Origin: Escherichia coli
GTDB taxonomy: Bacteria; Pseudomonadota; Gammaproteobacteria; Enterobacterales; Enterobacteriaceae
DNA length: 64,000 nt
Strand: one strand, 5' to 3'
Assembly: GCF_003334255.1 (NCBI RefSeq)
Contig: NZ_QOWU01000016.1
Translations under genes and position numbers: made by a program
The notes under the pieces: model-generated
The model's database searches: none
Told to the model about the DNA's origin: nothing
Seen by the model: the letters and a program-made list of their open reading frames with translations, nothing else
Shown here: one piece after another, positions 33,864 to 45,990 of the stretch
How positions within the stretch are numbered: the first letter of the stretch is position 1
Layout of the letters: the number at the start of each line of letters is the position of its first letter

Positions 33864-35405
33864 ATGCCTTATCTACTTGAAATGAAGAACATTACCAAAA
33901 CCTTCGGCAGTGTGAAGGCGATTGATAACGTCTGCTTGCGGTTGAATGCTGGCGAAATCGTCTCACTTTGTGGGGAAAATGGGTCTGGTAAATCAACGCT
34001 GATGAAAGTGCTGTGTGGTATTTATCCCCATGGCTCCTACGAAGGCGAAATTATTTTTGCGGGAGAAGAGATTCAGGCGAGTCACATCCGCGATACCGAA
34101 CGCAAAGGTATCGCCATCATTCATCAGGAATTGGCCCTGGTGAAAGAATTGACCGTGCTGGAAAATATCTTCCTGGGTAACGAAATAACCCACAATGGCA
34201 TTATGGATTATGACCTGATGACGCTACGCTGTCAGAAGCTGCTCGCACAGGTCAGTTTATCCATTTCACCTGATACCCGCGTTGGCGATTTAGGGCTTGG
34301 GCAACAACAACTGGTTGAAATTGCCAAGGCACTTAATAAACAGGTGCGCTTGTTAATTCTCGATGAACCGACAGCCTCATTAACTGAGCAGGAAACGTCG
34401 GTTTTACTGGATATTATTCGCGATCTACAACAGCACGGTATCGCCTGTATTTATATTTCGCACAAACTCAACGAAGTCAAAGCGATTTCCGATACGATTT
34501 GCGTTATTCGCGACGGACAGCACATTGGTACGCGTGATGCTGCCGGAATGAGTGAAGACGATATTATCACCATGATGGTCGGGCGAGAGTTAACCGCGCT
34601 TTACCCTAATGAACCACATACCACCGGAGATGAAATATTACGTATTGAACATCTGACGGCATGGCATCCGGTTAATCGTCATATTAAACGAGTTAATGAT
34701 GTCTCGTTTTCCCTGAAACGTGGCGAAATATTGGGTATTGCCGGACTCGTTGGTGCCGGACGTACCGAGACCATTCAGTGCCTGTTTGGTGTGTGGCCCG
34801 GACAATGGGAAGGAAAAATTTATATTGATGGCAAACAGGTAGATATTCGTAACTGTCAGCAAGCCATCGCCCAGGGGATTGCGATGGTCCCCGAAGACAG
34901 AAAGCGCGACGGCATCGTTCCGGTAATGGCGGTTGGTAAAAATATTACCCTCGCCGCACTCAATAAATTTACCGGTGGCATTAGCCAGCTTGATGACGCG
35001 GCAGAGCAAAAATGTATTCTGGAATCAATCCAGCAACTCAAAGTTAAAACGTCGTCCCCCGACCTTGCTATTGGACGTTTGAGCGGCGGCAATCAGCAAA
35101 AAGCGATCCTCGCTCGCTGTCTGTTACTTAACCCGCGCATTCTCATTCTTGATGAACCCACCAGGGGTATCGATATTGGCGCGAAATACGAGATCTACAA
35201 ATTAATTAACCAACTCGTCCAGCAGGGTATTGCCGTTATTGTCATCTCTTCCGAATTACCTGAAGTGCTCGGCCTTAGCGATCGTGTACTGGTGATGCAT
35301 GAAGGGAAACTAAAAGCCAACCTGATAAATCATAACCTGACTCAGGAGCAGGTGATGGAAGCCGCATTGAGGAGCGAACATCATGTCGAAAAGCAATCCG
35401 TCTGA
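33864..35405 (+). CDS. xylG: D-xylose ABC transporter ATP-binding protein XylG (513 aa, duplicated ABC domains)
   Basis: Walker [10 protein letters not shown] in first half, second ABC domain with LSGGNQQK. Confidence 0.95.
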
Positions 35406-36564
35406 AGTGAAATTGGCCGTACCGACATCCGGTGGCTTCTCCGGGCTGAAATCACTGAATTTGCAGGTCTTCGTGATGATTGCAGCTATCATCGCAATCA
35501 TGCTGTTCTTTACCTGGACCACCGATGGTGCCTACTTAAGCGCCCGTAACGTCTCCAACCTGTTACGCCAGACCGCGATTACCGGCATCCTCGCGGTAGG
35601 AATGGTGTTCGTCATAATTTCTGCTGAAATCGACCTTTCCGTCGGCTCAATGATGGGGCTGTTAGGTGGCGTCGCGGCGATTTGTGACGTCTGGTTAGGC
35701 TGGCCTTTGCCACTTACCATCATTGTGACGCTGGTTCTGGGACTGCTTCTCGGTGCCTGGAACGGATGGTGGGTCGCGTACCGTAAAGTCCCTTCATTTA
35801 TTGTCACCCTCGCGGGCATGTTGGCATTTCGCGGCATACTCATTGGCATCACCAACGGCACGACTGTATCCCCCACCAGCGCCGCGATGTCACAAATTGG
35901 GCAAAGCTATCTCCCCGCCAGTACCGGCTTCATCATTGGCGCGCTTGGCTTAATGGCTTTTGTTGGTTGGCAATGGCGCGGAAGAATGCGCCGTCAGGCT
36001 TTGGGTTTACAGTCTCCGGCCTCTACCGCAGTAGTCGGTCGCCAGGCTTTAACCGCTATCATCGTATTAGGCGCAATCTGGCTGTTGAATGATTACCGTG
36101 GCGTTCCCACTCCTGTTCTGCTGCTGACGTTGCTGTTACTCGGCGGAATGTTTATGGCAACGCGGACGGCATTTGGACGACGCATTTATGCCATCGGCGG
36201 CAATCTGGAAGCAGCACGTCTCTCCGGGATTAACGTTGAACGCACCAAACTTGCCGTGTTCGCGATTAACGGATTAATGGTAGCCATCGCCGGATTAATC
36301 CTTAGTTCTCGACTTGGCGCTGGTTCACCTTCTGCGGGAAATATCGCCGAACTGGACGCAATTGCAGCATGCGTGATTGGCGGCACCAGCCTGGCTGGCG
36401 GTGTGGGAAGCGTTGCCGGAGCAGTAATGGGGGCATTTATCATGGCTTCACTGGATAACGGCATGAGTATGATGGATGTACCGACCTTCTGGCAGTATAT
36501 CGTTAAAGGTGCGATTCTGTTGCTGGCAGTATGGATGGACTCCGCAACCAAACGCCGTTCTTGA
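35383..36564 (+). CDS. xylH: D-xylose ABC transporter permease XylH (393 aa)
   Basis: Polytopic ORF overlapping xylG by 23 nt. Confidence 0.95.
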
Positions 36565-36641
36565 TTTTGATAAAAATTTTCTCAAAGCCGGTTACGTATT
36601 ACCGGTTTTGAGTTTTTGCATGATTCAGCAGGAAAAGAACC

Positions 36642-37820
36642 ATGTTTACTAAACGTCACCGCATCACATTACTGTTCAATGCCAATAAAGCCTATGACCG
36701 GCAGGTAGTAGAAGGCGTAGGGGAATATTTACAGGCGTCACAATCGGAATGGGATATTTTCATTGAAGAAGATTTCCGCGCCCGCATTGATAAAATCAAG
36801 GACTGGTTAGGAGATGGCGTCATTGCCGACTTCGACGACAAACAGATCGAGCAAGCGCTGGCTGATGTCGACGTCCCCATTGTTGGGGTTGGCGGCTCGT
36901 ATCACCTTGCAGAAAGTTACCCACCCGTTCATTACATTGCCACCGATAACTATGCGCTGGTTGAAAGCGCATTTTTGCATTTAAAAGAGAAAGGCGTTAA
37001 CCGCTTTGCTTTTTATGGTCTTCCGGAATCAAGCGGCAAACGTTGGGCCACTGAGCGCGAATATGCATTTCGTCAGCTTGTCGCCGAAGAAAAGTATCGC
37101 GGAGTGGTTTATCAGGGGTTAGAAACCGCGCCAGAGAACTGGCAACACGCGCAAAATCGGCTGGCAGACTGGCTACAAACGCTACCACCGCAAACCGGGA
37201 TTATTGCCGTTACTGACGCCCGAGCGCGGCATATTCTGCAAGTATGTGAACATCTACATATTCCCGTACCGGAAAAATTATGCGTGATTGGCATCGATAA
37301 CGAAGAACTGACCCGCTATCTGTCGCGTGTCGCCCTTTCTTCGGTCGCTCAGGGCGCGCGGCAAATGGGCTATCAGGCGGCAAAACTGTTGCATCGATTA
37401 TTAGATAAAGAAGAAATGCCGCTACAGCGAATTTTGGTCCCACCAGTTCGCGTCATTGAACGGCGCTCAACAGATTATCGCTCGCTGACCGATCCCGCCG
37501 TTATTCAGGCCATGCATTACATTCGTAATCACGCCTGTAAAGGGATTAAAGTGGATCAGGTACTGGATGCGGTCGGGATCTCGCGCTCCAATCTTGAGAA
37601 GCGTTTTAAAGAAGAGGTGGGTGAAACCATCCATGCCATGATTCATGCCGAGAAGCTGGAGAAAGCGCGCAGTCTGCTGATTTCAACCACCTTGTCGATC
37701 AATGAGATATCGCAAATGTGCGGTTATCCATCGCTGCAATATTTCTACTCTGTTTTTAAAAAAGCATATGACACGACGCCAAAAGAGTATCGCGATGTAA
37801 ATAGCGAGGTCATGTTGTAG
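36642..37820 (+). CDS. xylR: Xylose operon regulator XylR (392 aa; sugar-binding domain plus AraC-type HTH)
   Basis: C-terminal AraC-type HTH (…ISQMCGYPSLQYFYSVFKKAYDTTPKEYRD). Confidence 0.93.
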   Translation: MFTKRHRITLLFNANKAYDRQVVEGVGEYLQASQSEWDIFIEEDFRARIDKIKDWLGDGVIADFDDKQIEQALADVDVPIVGVGGSYHLAESYPPVHYIATDNYALVESAFLHLKEKGVNRFAFYGLPESSGKRWATEREYAFRQLVAEEKYRGVVYQGLETAPENWQHAQNRLADWLQTLPPQTGIIAVTDARARHILQVCEHLHIPVPEKLCVIGIDNEELTRYLSRVALSSVAQGARQMGYQAAKLLHRLLDKEEMPLQRILVPPVRVIERRSTDYRSLTDPAVIQAMHYIRNHACKGIKVDQVLDAVGISRSNLEKRFKEEVGETIHAMIHAEKLEKARSLLISTTLSINEISQMCGYPSLQYFYSVFKKAYDTTPKEYRDVNSEVML

Positions 37821-37864
37821 CGATGATGAGAATTGTCGGCGTCACATCAGGTAACGCTGCGTGG

Positions 37865-37900
<36 letters not shown>

Positions 37901-37961
37901 CCGCCAGGCATGATAAAACGCACCAACAACGCTTCAGGCTCGTAGCTCAACTGCCTGAGAC

Positions 37962-38007
37962 AAAGTAAAAAGCCTTATCCGACTGACAAGTCGGATAAGG
38001 CTCAAGG
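37962..38007 (-). terminator. Hairpin downstream of bax (gccttatccgac...gtcggataaggc, U-run on minus strand)
   Basis: 12-bp inverted repeat flanked by aaaaa on the + strand, about 10 bp past the bax stop. Confidence 0.5.
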
Positions 38008-38015
38008 AAATGCAA

Positions 38016-38840
38016 TTACATATGCGCCGCGATTAACCGTTGGTTATCCTGGTACATTGCGAACAGGTAGTTGTTATAACTCTTCCCTTTGGTCGAGTAG
38101 CCCTTCAGCTTGTGAATCATCGCTGTGGCAGTCACTTCCTGATCCGCTTTACGCAGCTGCGCACGCGATTTACGGAACGAAGAGTAAGCCGGGTGCGTAT
38201 TCAGGTTAGTGACATAGGCGCTCACCGATTCTTTGACAGAACTAAACTGTGAGTACCCTTTCACTTTACCTGGCGCATTGGTACAACGTCCTTTCATGCA
38301 TTTCATGCCGAACAGGTTGTTGTTGTTGCGCGCCAGCTTCGACGTTCCCCAACCGCTTTCTGCTGCAGCCATCGTCGCCACCATACTGGTGGGGATAATG
38401 TCTACGCGTTCAAGCAAGGTATTCCACGGGATTTTTCGCGTATTACCGGACCACTTCACCTTGTAGCGTTTGGCGATGTCTTTCAGACGCGCACGCTCAG
38501 CAGGTGACCATTGGCCCTGATACTGTTTTGAAATGAGCCAGTTACGTTCCGCAGTAATGGCCGCATTTTGGCTGGTAATGTAAGGCATTACGGTCCGGAG
38601 AAACGCCTTTTTCCTTGGTGTTCCGGAAGGGTATTTTCGCAAATCAGGAAGTGAACTACTCTTTGCACTATTGCGAGAATACTCTTGTTTACTGCTTACC
38701 TGTTTATTACTAGCTTTAGTTAAGTGGGACTTTTGACTCGCTGTTGTTGTGTGCGTCTTCGCTAACACCTCACTCGAAAACACCAGAGTGAGTAACATAA
38801 GAATCATCGCCCCATATCGTCGTATGGGAGTCAAAATCAT
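38016..38840 (-). CDS. bax: Putative glucosaminidase Bax (274 aa)
   Basis: 274-aa ORF with signal-anchor N-terminus. Confidence 0.85.
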   Translation of the reverse strand: MILTPIRRYGAMILMLLTLVFSSEVLAKTHTTTASQKSHLTKASNKQVSSKQEYSRNSAKSSSLPDLRKYPSGTPRKKAFLRTVMPYITSQNAAITAERNWLISKQYQGQWSPAERARLKDIAKRYKVKWSGNTRKIPWNTLLERVDIIPTSMVATMAAAESGWGTSKLARNNNNLFGMKCMKGRCTNAPGKVKGYSQFSSVKESVSAYVTNLNTHPAYSSFRKSRAQLRKADQEVTATAMIHKLKGYSTKGKSYNNYLFAMYQDNQRLIAAHM

Positions 38841-39059
38841 CAGGTCTCCTGGTCGGATTTAATCATTCCAACACCTTATATTTTTCACAAATTTGAGAGT
38901 TGAATCTCAAATCATATCAAAAATAGCTGTCAAGAGCACCCCAAGGAATAGTCCAAATCTGAAACTATGTCACGTGTTAACGATTCAGATTGGCGCTAAA
39001 TCGCAGAAAATGTGGGGGTTATCGCAAAATTCAGCCGTTTTTTGCGCGAGATCGCTCAC

Positions 39060-39159
39060 CCTTGCTTCTCATCCTGTGGACTTACCGCTCAGGGATGAGT
39101 TTTGTTTGGCTTATCGCTGGCAAACTGTCTGAAATCGCAGCAATAAGGACTCATCCGCC
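39060..39159 (+). promoter_or_regulatory. malS promoter region with GGATGA-type MalT-box-like hexamers (39069-39074 on minus, 39093-39098 on plus)
   Basis: Hexamers read in sequence; MalT dependence of malS is established knowledge; exact sites not verified. Confidence 0.4.
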
Positions 39160-41190
39160 ATGAAACTCGCCGCCTGTTTTCTGACACTCCTTCCTGGCTT
39201 CGCCGTTGCCGCCAGCTGGACTTCTCCGGGGTTTCCCGCCTTTAGCGAACAGGGGACAGGAACATTTGTCAGCCACGCGCAGTTGCCCAAAGGTACGCGT
39301 CCACTAACGCTAAATTTTGACCAACAGTGCTGGCAGCCTGCGGATGCGATAAAACTCAATCAGATGCTTTCCCTGCAACCTTGTAGCAACACGCCGCCTC
39401 AATGGCGATTGTTCAGGGACGGCGAATATACGCTGCAAATAGACACCCGCTCCGGTACGCCAACATTGATGATTTCCATCCAGAACGCCGCCGAACCGGT
39501 AGCAAGCCTGGTCCGTGAATGCCCGAAATGGGATGGATTACCGCTCACAGTGGATGTCAGCGCCACTTTCCCGGAAGGAGCCGCCGTACGGGATTATTAC
39601 AGCCAGCAAATTGCGATAGTGAAGAACGGTCAAATAATGTTACAACCCGCTGCCACCAGCAACGGTTTACTCCTGCTGGAACGGGCAGAAACTGACACAT
39701 CCGCCCCTTTCGACTGGCATAACGCCACGGTTTACTTTGTGCTGACAGATCGTTTCGAAAACGGCGATCCCAGTAATGACCAGAGTTACGGACGTCATAA
39801 AGACGGTATGGCGGAAATTGGCACTTTTCACGGCGGCGATTTACGCGGCCTGACCAACAAACTGGATTACCTCCAGCAGTTGGGCGTTAATGCTTTATGG
39901 ATAAGCGCCCCATTTGAGCAAATTCACGGCTGGGTCGGCGGCGGTACAAAAGGCGATTTCCCGCATTATGCCTACCACGGTTATTACACACAGGACTGGA
40001 CGAATCTTGATGCCAATATGGGCAACGAAGCCGATCTACGGACGCTGGTTGATAGCGCACATCAGCGCGGTATTCGTATTCTCTTTGATGTCGTGATGAA
40101 CCACACCGGCTATGCCACGCTGGCGGATATGCAGGAGTATCAGTTTGGCGCGTTATATCTTTCTGGTGACGAAGTGAAAAAATCGCTGGGTGAACGCTGG
40201 AGCGACTGGAAACCTGCCGCCGGGCAAACCTGGCATAGCTTTAACGATTACATTAATTTCAGCGACAAAACAGGCTGGGATAAATGGTGGGGAAAAAACT
40301 GGATCAGAACGGATATCGGCGATTACGACAATCCTGGATTCGACGATCTCACTATGTCGCTAGCCTTTTTGCCGGATATCAAAACCGAATCAACTACCGC
40401 TTCTGGTCTGCCGGTGTTCTATAAAAACAAAATGGATACCCACGCCAAAGCCATTGACGGCTATACGCCGCGCGATTACTTAACCCACTGGTTAAGTCAG
40501 TGGGTCCGCGACTATGGGATTGATGGTTTTCGGGTCGATACCGCCAAACATGTTGAGTTGCCCGCCTGGCAGCAACTGAAAACCGAAGCCAGCGCCGCGC
40601 TTCGCGAATGGAAAAAAGCTAACCCCGACAAAGCATTAGATGACAAACCTTTCTGGATGACCGGTGAAGCCTGGGGCCACGGCGTGATGCAAAGTGACTA
40701 CTATCGCCACGGCTTCGATGCGATGATCAATTTCGATTATCAGGAGCAGGCGGCGAAAGCAGTCGACTGTCTGGCGCAGATGGATACGACCTGGCAGCAA
40801 ATGGCGGAGAAATTGCAGGGTTTCAACGTGTTGAGCTACCTCTCGTCGCATGATACCCGCCTGTTCCGTGAAGGGGGCGACAAAGCAGCAGAGTTATTAC
40901 TATTAGCGCCAGGCGCGGTACAAATCTTTTATGGTGATGAATCCTCGCGTCCGTTCGGTCCTACAGGTTCTGATCCGCTGCAAGGTACACGTTCGGATAT
41001 GAACTGGCAGGATGTTAGCGGTAAATCTGCCGCCAGCGTCGCGCACTGGCAGAAAATCAGCCAGTTCCGCGCCCGCCATCCCGCAATTGGCGCGGGCAAA
41101 CAAACGACACTTTTGCTGAAGCAGGGCTACGGCTTTGTTCGTGAGCATGGCGACGATAAAGTGCTGGTCGTCTGGGCAGGGCAACAGTAA
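39160..41190 (+). CDS. malS: Periplasmic alpha-amylase MalS (676 aa)
   Basis: Signal peptide MKLAACFLTLLPGFAVAASW; GH13 motifs (DVVMNHTG, GFRVDTAKH). Confidence 0.93.
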   Translation: MKLAACFLTLLPGFAVAASWTSPGFPAFSEQGTGTFVSHAQLPKGTRPLTLNFDQQCWQPADAIKLNQMLSLQPCSNTPPQWRLFRDGEYTLQIDTRSGTPTLMISIQNAAEPVASLVRECPKWDGLPLTVDVSATFPEGAAVRDYYSQQIAIVKNGQIMLQPAATSNGLLLLERAETDTSAPFDWHNATVYFVLTDRFENGDPSNDQSYGRHKDGMAEIGTFHGGDLRGLTNKLDYLQQLGVNALWISAPFEQIHGWVGGGTKGDFPHYAYHGYYTQDWTNLDANMGNEADLRTLVDSAHQRGIRILFDVVMNHTGYATLADMQEYQFGALYLSGDEVKKSLGERWSDWKPAAGQTWHSFNDYINFSDKTGWDKWWGKNWIRTDIGDYDNPGFDDLTMSLAFLPDIKTESTTASGLPVFYKNKMDTHAKAIDGYTPRDYLTHWLSQWVRDYGIDGFRVDTAKHVELPAWQQLKTEASAALREWKKANPDKALDDKPFWMTGEAWGHGVMQSDYYRHGFDAMINFDYQEQAAKAVDCLAQMDTTWQQMAEKLQGFNVLSYLSSHDTRLFREGGDKAAELLLLAPGAVQIFYGDESSRPFGPTGSDPLQGTRSDMNWQDVSGKSAASVAHWQKISQFRARHPAIGAGKQTTLLLKQGYGFVREHGDDKVLVVWAGQQ

Positions 41191-41367
41191 CTTTTCCGGC
41201 TTCCCGTTCGTCAGTACCTCGGGAAGCCGCCAACCAGGATAAAATGTCAGCCCTAATCAGCGTTGCAGGATAAAGCACCGCTCACTCTTCAACAGACCGA
41301 TTTGCACCCCAGCAAATGTAGCGTTATTGTTACCTTCCTTGCTACAGAGTTCGACAGATATCCCGCT

Positions 41368-42621
41368 ATGACATTCTCCCTTTTTGGTGACAAATTTACC
41401 CGCCACTCCGGCATTACGCTGTTGATGGAAGATCTGAACGACGGTTTACGCACGCCTGGCGCGATTATGCTCGGCGGCGGTAATCCGGCGCAGATCCCGG
41501 AAATGCAGGACTACTTCCAGACGCTACTGACCGACATGCTGGAAAGTGGCAAAGCGACTGATGCACTGTGTAACTACGACGGTCCACAGGGGAAAACGGA
41601 GCTACTCACACTGCTTGCCGGAATGCTGCGCGAGAAGTTGGGTTGGGATATCGAACCACAGAATATTGCACTAACAAACGGCAGCCAGAGCGCGTTTTTC
41701 TACTTATTTAACCTGTTTGCCGGACGCCGTGCCGATGGTCGGGTCAAAAAAGTGCTGTTCCCGCTTGCACCGGAATACATTGGCTATGCTGACGCCGGAC
41801 TGGAAGAAGATCTGTTTGTCTCTGCGCGTCCGAATATTGAACTGCTGCCGGAAGGCCAGTTTAAATACCACGTCGATTTTGAGCATCTGCATATTGGCGA
41901 AGAAACCGGGATGATTTGCGTCTCCCGGCCGACGAATCCAACAGGCAATGTGATTACTGACGAAGAGTTGCTGAAGCTTGACGCGCTGGCGAATCAACAC
42001 GGCATTCCGCTGGTGATTGATAACGCTTATGGCGTCCCGTTCCCGGGTATCATCTTCAGTGAAGCGCGCCCGCTATGGAATCCGAATATCGTGCTGTGCA
42101 TGAGTCTTTCCAAGCTGGGTCTACCTGGCTCCCGCTGCGGCATTATCATCGCCAATGAAAAAATCATCACCGCCATCACCAATATGAACGGCATTATCAG
42201 CCTGGCACCTGGCGGTATTGGTCCGGCGATGATGTGTGAAATGATTAAGCGTAACGATCTGCTGCGCCTGTCTGAAACAGTCATCAAACCGTTTTACTAC
42301 CAGCGTGTTCAGGAAACTATCGCCATCATTCGCCGCTATTTACCGGAAAATCGCTGCCTGATTCATAAACCGGAAGGAGCCATTTTCCTCTGGCTATGGT
42401 TTAAGGATTTGCCCATTACGACCGAGCAGCTCTATCAGCGCCTGAAAGCACGCGGCGTGCTGATGGTGCCGGGGCACAACTTCTTCCCAGGGCTGGATAA
42501 ACCGTGGCCGCATACGCATCAATGTATGCGCATGAACTACGTACCAGAGCCGGAGAAAATTGAGGCGGGGGTGAAGATTCTGGCGGAAGAGATAGAAAGA
42601 GCCTGGGCTGAAAGTCACTAA
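41368..42621 (+). CDS. avtA: Valine--pyruvate aminotransferase AvtA (417 aa)
   Basis: ATG at 41368 gives MTFSLFGDKFTRHSGITLLMEDL...; PLP-lysine motif region (SLSKLGLPGSRCG). Confidence 0.9.
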   Translation: MTFSLFGDKFTRHSGITLLMEDLNDGLRTPGAIMLGGGNPAQIPEMQDYFQTLLTDMLESGKATDALCNYDGPQGKTELLTLLAGMLREKLGWDIEPQNIALTNGSQSAFFYLFNLFAGRRADGRVKKVLFPLAPEYIGYADAGLEEDLFVSARPNIELLPEGQFKYHVDFEHLHIGEETGMICVSRPTNPTGNVITDEELLKLDALANQHGIPLVIDNAYGVPFPGIIFSEARPLWNPNIVLCMSLSKLGLPGSRCGIIIANEKIITAITNMNGIISLAPGGIGPAMMCEMIKRNDLLRLSETVIKPFYYQRVQETIAIIRRYLPENRCLIHKPEGAIFLWLWFKDLPITTEQLYQRLKARGVLMVPGHNFFPGLDKPWPHTHQCMRMNYVPEPEKIEAGVKILAEEIERAWAESH

Positions 42622-42624
42622 AAA

Positions 42625-42745
42625 TTGCCTGATGCGCTACGCTTATCAGGCCTACATGATTTCTGCAATATATTGAATTTGGAAGAATTTGTAGGCCGGA
42701 TAAGGCGTTTACGCCGCATCTGGCATAAACAAAGCGCACTGTTCC
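42625..42745. repeat. REP/BIME elements between avtA and ysaA
   Basis: gcctgatgcgctacgcttatcaggcctac and ggccggataaggcgtttacgccgcatctggc motifs. Confidence 0.55.
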
Positions 42746-42771
42746 GGCGTTGAGAAACGCCGGAAAACGTT

Positions 42772-43245
42772 TCAAACAGGCTGCTGCCGTAGCCGATGCC
42801 GCTGCACTTTCTCGACATCCATGCACTGCAACGCCTTTGTCGGGCAGGCTTCAACACAGGCCGGTCCCGTCTCCCGATGCCAGCACAGATCGCACTTAAT
42901 CGCCCTCGCCTTTTTGCGCGAAGAAACGACCTCCATCGCACCAAACGGGCAAGCCAGCATACAGCTTTTACAGCCAATGCAACGTGTTTGTTCAACGAAA
43001 ATATGCCCATGTTCGCGGCTTATCGCGTCAACAGGGCAGACATTCGCGCACGGTGCATCTTCACACTGATGACAGGCTACTGCCGTGGTCCAGCAGTGGT
43101 CTTTAATGACACGAATACGGGAAATAAACTCGTCTGGTGACAACGCAGCGCAATCCTGATTCTCATGATGCGACACTGCGCAAGCCACTTCACAGGTACG
43201 GCAACCGATACATTTCGTCGCATCCGCAATAATAAACCGGTTCAT
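42772..43245 (-). CDS. ysaA: 4Fe-4S ferredoxin-type protein YsaA (HycB/HydN-like electron-transfer subunit, 157 aa)
   Basis: ATG at 43243-43245 (MNRFIIADATKCIGCRTCEVAC...); multiple Cys clusters read in the translation. Confidence 0.8.
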   Translation of the reverse strand: MNRFIIADATKCIGCRTCEVACAVSHHENQDCAALSPDEFISRIRVIKDHCWTTAVACHQCEDAPCANVCPVDAISREHGHIFVEQTRCIGCKSCMLACPFGAMEVVSSRKKARAIKCDLCWHRETGPACVEACPTKALQCMDVEKVQRHRLRQQPV

Positions 43246-43346
43246 GATCACTCCTTTGCACTAAAACAGCAGAGTGCCAGAGAGCGCGTCCCTACTGCTT
43301 TGATCCAACGAAGGAAATGTTAAAGTTTTGGCACTTGTCCAAAGCG

Positions 43347-44195
43347 TTATGTGATCGCGCCCAGGTCATCCCTGACAGTAAATCCCAGTTCATTAGAAAT
43401 AGCCTGCGCGGTTTCACGCAGTGGTTTCAGGAGATTTTTCTCTCCCACCTGTTTCAGACGTGATGTCGAAAGCGAAATCGACACGGCGTACGGCACCCGC
43501 CCATGAATATCAAACACCGGAACAGCAATACAGGAGACGCCGAGTTCGTTTTCTTCTCTGTCCATCGCCGCTCCGCTTTCACGAATGTGCGCCAGTTCGT
43601 CGAACATCGCGGGCAGCTCGGTAATGGTATTGCGGGTTAACGGCTGGATCTCATGCTGATGGCTTTCCCAGTATGACTTCACGTAGTCCGGGTGACCAAA
43701 CGCCATGTAGATCTTGCCCATTGCGGAACAGTAGAGCGGCATATGCTGGCCAATATAGGCACGGGTTCGCAGCATCCCGGTTGTGGGTTCCAGCTTATAA
43801 ATCAAAATAGCGTGATCGTCTTCGCGGCTGGAGAAGTTAATGGTTTCACCAGTGGCGATGTTCAGTGCCTCAAGATGCGGAGCGGCGATATGAATGATAT
43901 TCAGCGAAGACAGCGCCTTCTGCCCGACGGCAATAAATTTGGTGGTCAGGCGATAACTCCCTGCGGCAGGCGCGGTGGTCACATAGCCGCAGGACTGTAA
44001 TCCCTGCAATAAGCGATGGACGGTACTCTTATTTAAACCAGCCAGCTCCGAAAGATGCGCCAACGGACAACCGTTTGGATAGTTGCTCAAAATCTCAATC
44101 AGCATCAACCCGCGAAACAGACTCTGGCTTCCGGCTGGACGCTCTTTTTCCTGCGCCATCTCGTTCTCTTTTTTTCCCATCACTTCTTTCCCCAT
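43347..44195 (-). CDS. yiaJ: IclR-family transcriptional repressor YiaJ/PlaR (282 aa)
   Basis: 282-aa ORF with N-terminal HTH (…LAHLSELAGLNKSTVHRLLQGL…), divergent from yiaK. Confidence 0.9.
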   Translation of the reverse strand: MGKEVMGKKENEMAQEKERPAGSQSLFRGLMLIEILSNYPNGCPLAHLSELAGLNKSTVHRLLQGLQSCGYVTTAPAAGSYRLTTKFIAVGQKALSSLNIIHIAAPHLEALNIATGETINFSSREDDHAILIYKLEPTTGMLRTRAYIGQHMPLYCSAMGKIYMAFGHPDYVKSYWESHQHEIQPLTRNTITELPAMFDELAHIRESGAAMDREENELGVSCIAVPVFDIHGRVPYAVSISLSTSRLKQVGEKNLLKPLRETAQAISNELGFTVRDDLGAIT

Positions 44196-44395
44196 TTTGT
44201 CGCGTCCTGATGGTAGCGCAAAGTGTGCCGTAGTTCACGATCTCGACAGATAATTTATAACCAATTGATTTTTATGTCTTTTGAAATTCATCAATCAGAT
44301 TGCTTTGTTAAAAAGTGATCGATATATTTGAAATCAAGTTTCGCATATTGAAATTTTAAGCCAAAAAAGCGATCAAAAAAACAAGGAAGCCTGGG

Positions 44396-45394
44396 ATGAA
44401 AGTGACATTTGAGCAGTTAAAAGCAGCCTTTAATCGGGTCTTAATTTCACGCGGCGTTGACAGCGAAACGGCTGACGCCTGTGCAGAGATGTTCGCCCGC
44501 ACCACCGAATCCGGCGTTTATTCTCACGGCGTTAATCGTTTCCCTCGTTTCATTCAACAACTGGAAAACGGCGATATCATTCCTGATGCCCAACCCAAAC
44601 GTATAACCAGCCTCGGCGCAATTGAACAGTGGGACGCCCAGCGTTCGATCGGTAACCTGACAGCGAAAAAGATGATGGATCGCGCCATTGAACTGGCTGC
44701 CGATCACGGTATTGGTCTGGTGGCACTACGTAATGCCAACCACTGGATGCGCGGCGGCAGCTACGGCTGGCAGGCGGCGGAAAAAGGCTATATTGGCATT
44801 TGCTGGACCAACTCCATCGCCGTAATGCCGCCGTGGGGCGCAAAAGAGTGTCGCATCGGCACTAACCCGCTGATCGTCGCCATTCCTTCCACGCCGATCA
44901 CCATGGTCGATATGTCGATGTCGATGTTCTCTTACGGCATGTTAGAAGTTAACCGTCTGGCAGGTCGTCAGCTCCCGGTCGATGGTGGCTTTGATGATGA
45001 GGGCAATTTGACCAAAGAACCTGGCGTTATCGAGAAGAATCGCCGCATTTTGCCGATGGGCTACTGGAAAGGTTCTGGCATGTCGATTGTGCTGGATATG
45101 ATCGCTACTCTCCTTTCCGACGGCGCATCCGTTGCCGAAGTCACCCAGGACAACAGCGACGAATACGGCATTTCACAAATTTTTATTGCCATTGAAGTGG
45201 ACAAGCTTATCGACGGTCCCACCCGCGATGCCAAGCTGCAACGCATCATGGATTACGTTACTAGTGCCGAGCGTGCTGACGAAAATCAGGCCATTCGCTT
45301 ACCCGGCCATGAATTTACTACCCTGCTGGCCGAAAACCGCCGTAACGGCATCACTGTTGATGACAGCGTGTGGGCCAAAATCCAGGCGTTATGA
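44396..45394 (+). CDS. yiaK: 2,3-diketo-L-gulonate reductase YiaK (332 aa)
   Basis: 332-aa ORF, first gene of the yiaK-sgbE operon. Confidence 0.9.
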
Positions 45395-45402
45395 GGAGAT
45401 AA

Positions 45403-45873
<471 letters not shown>

Positions 45874-45990
45874 TCGAATAATCGTCTACGCCAGAACGCC
45901 TGGGTAATGTTATTGCTCTAACTATATTAATAATTCAGGTTGCTGCACATGCGACTTGAATTATGACAGACATAGCCTCAAGGAATAGCT

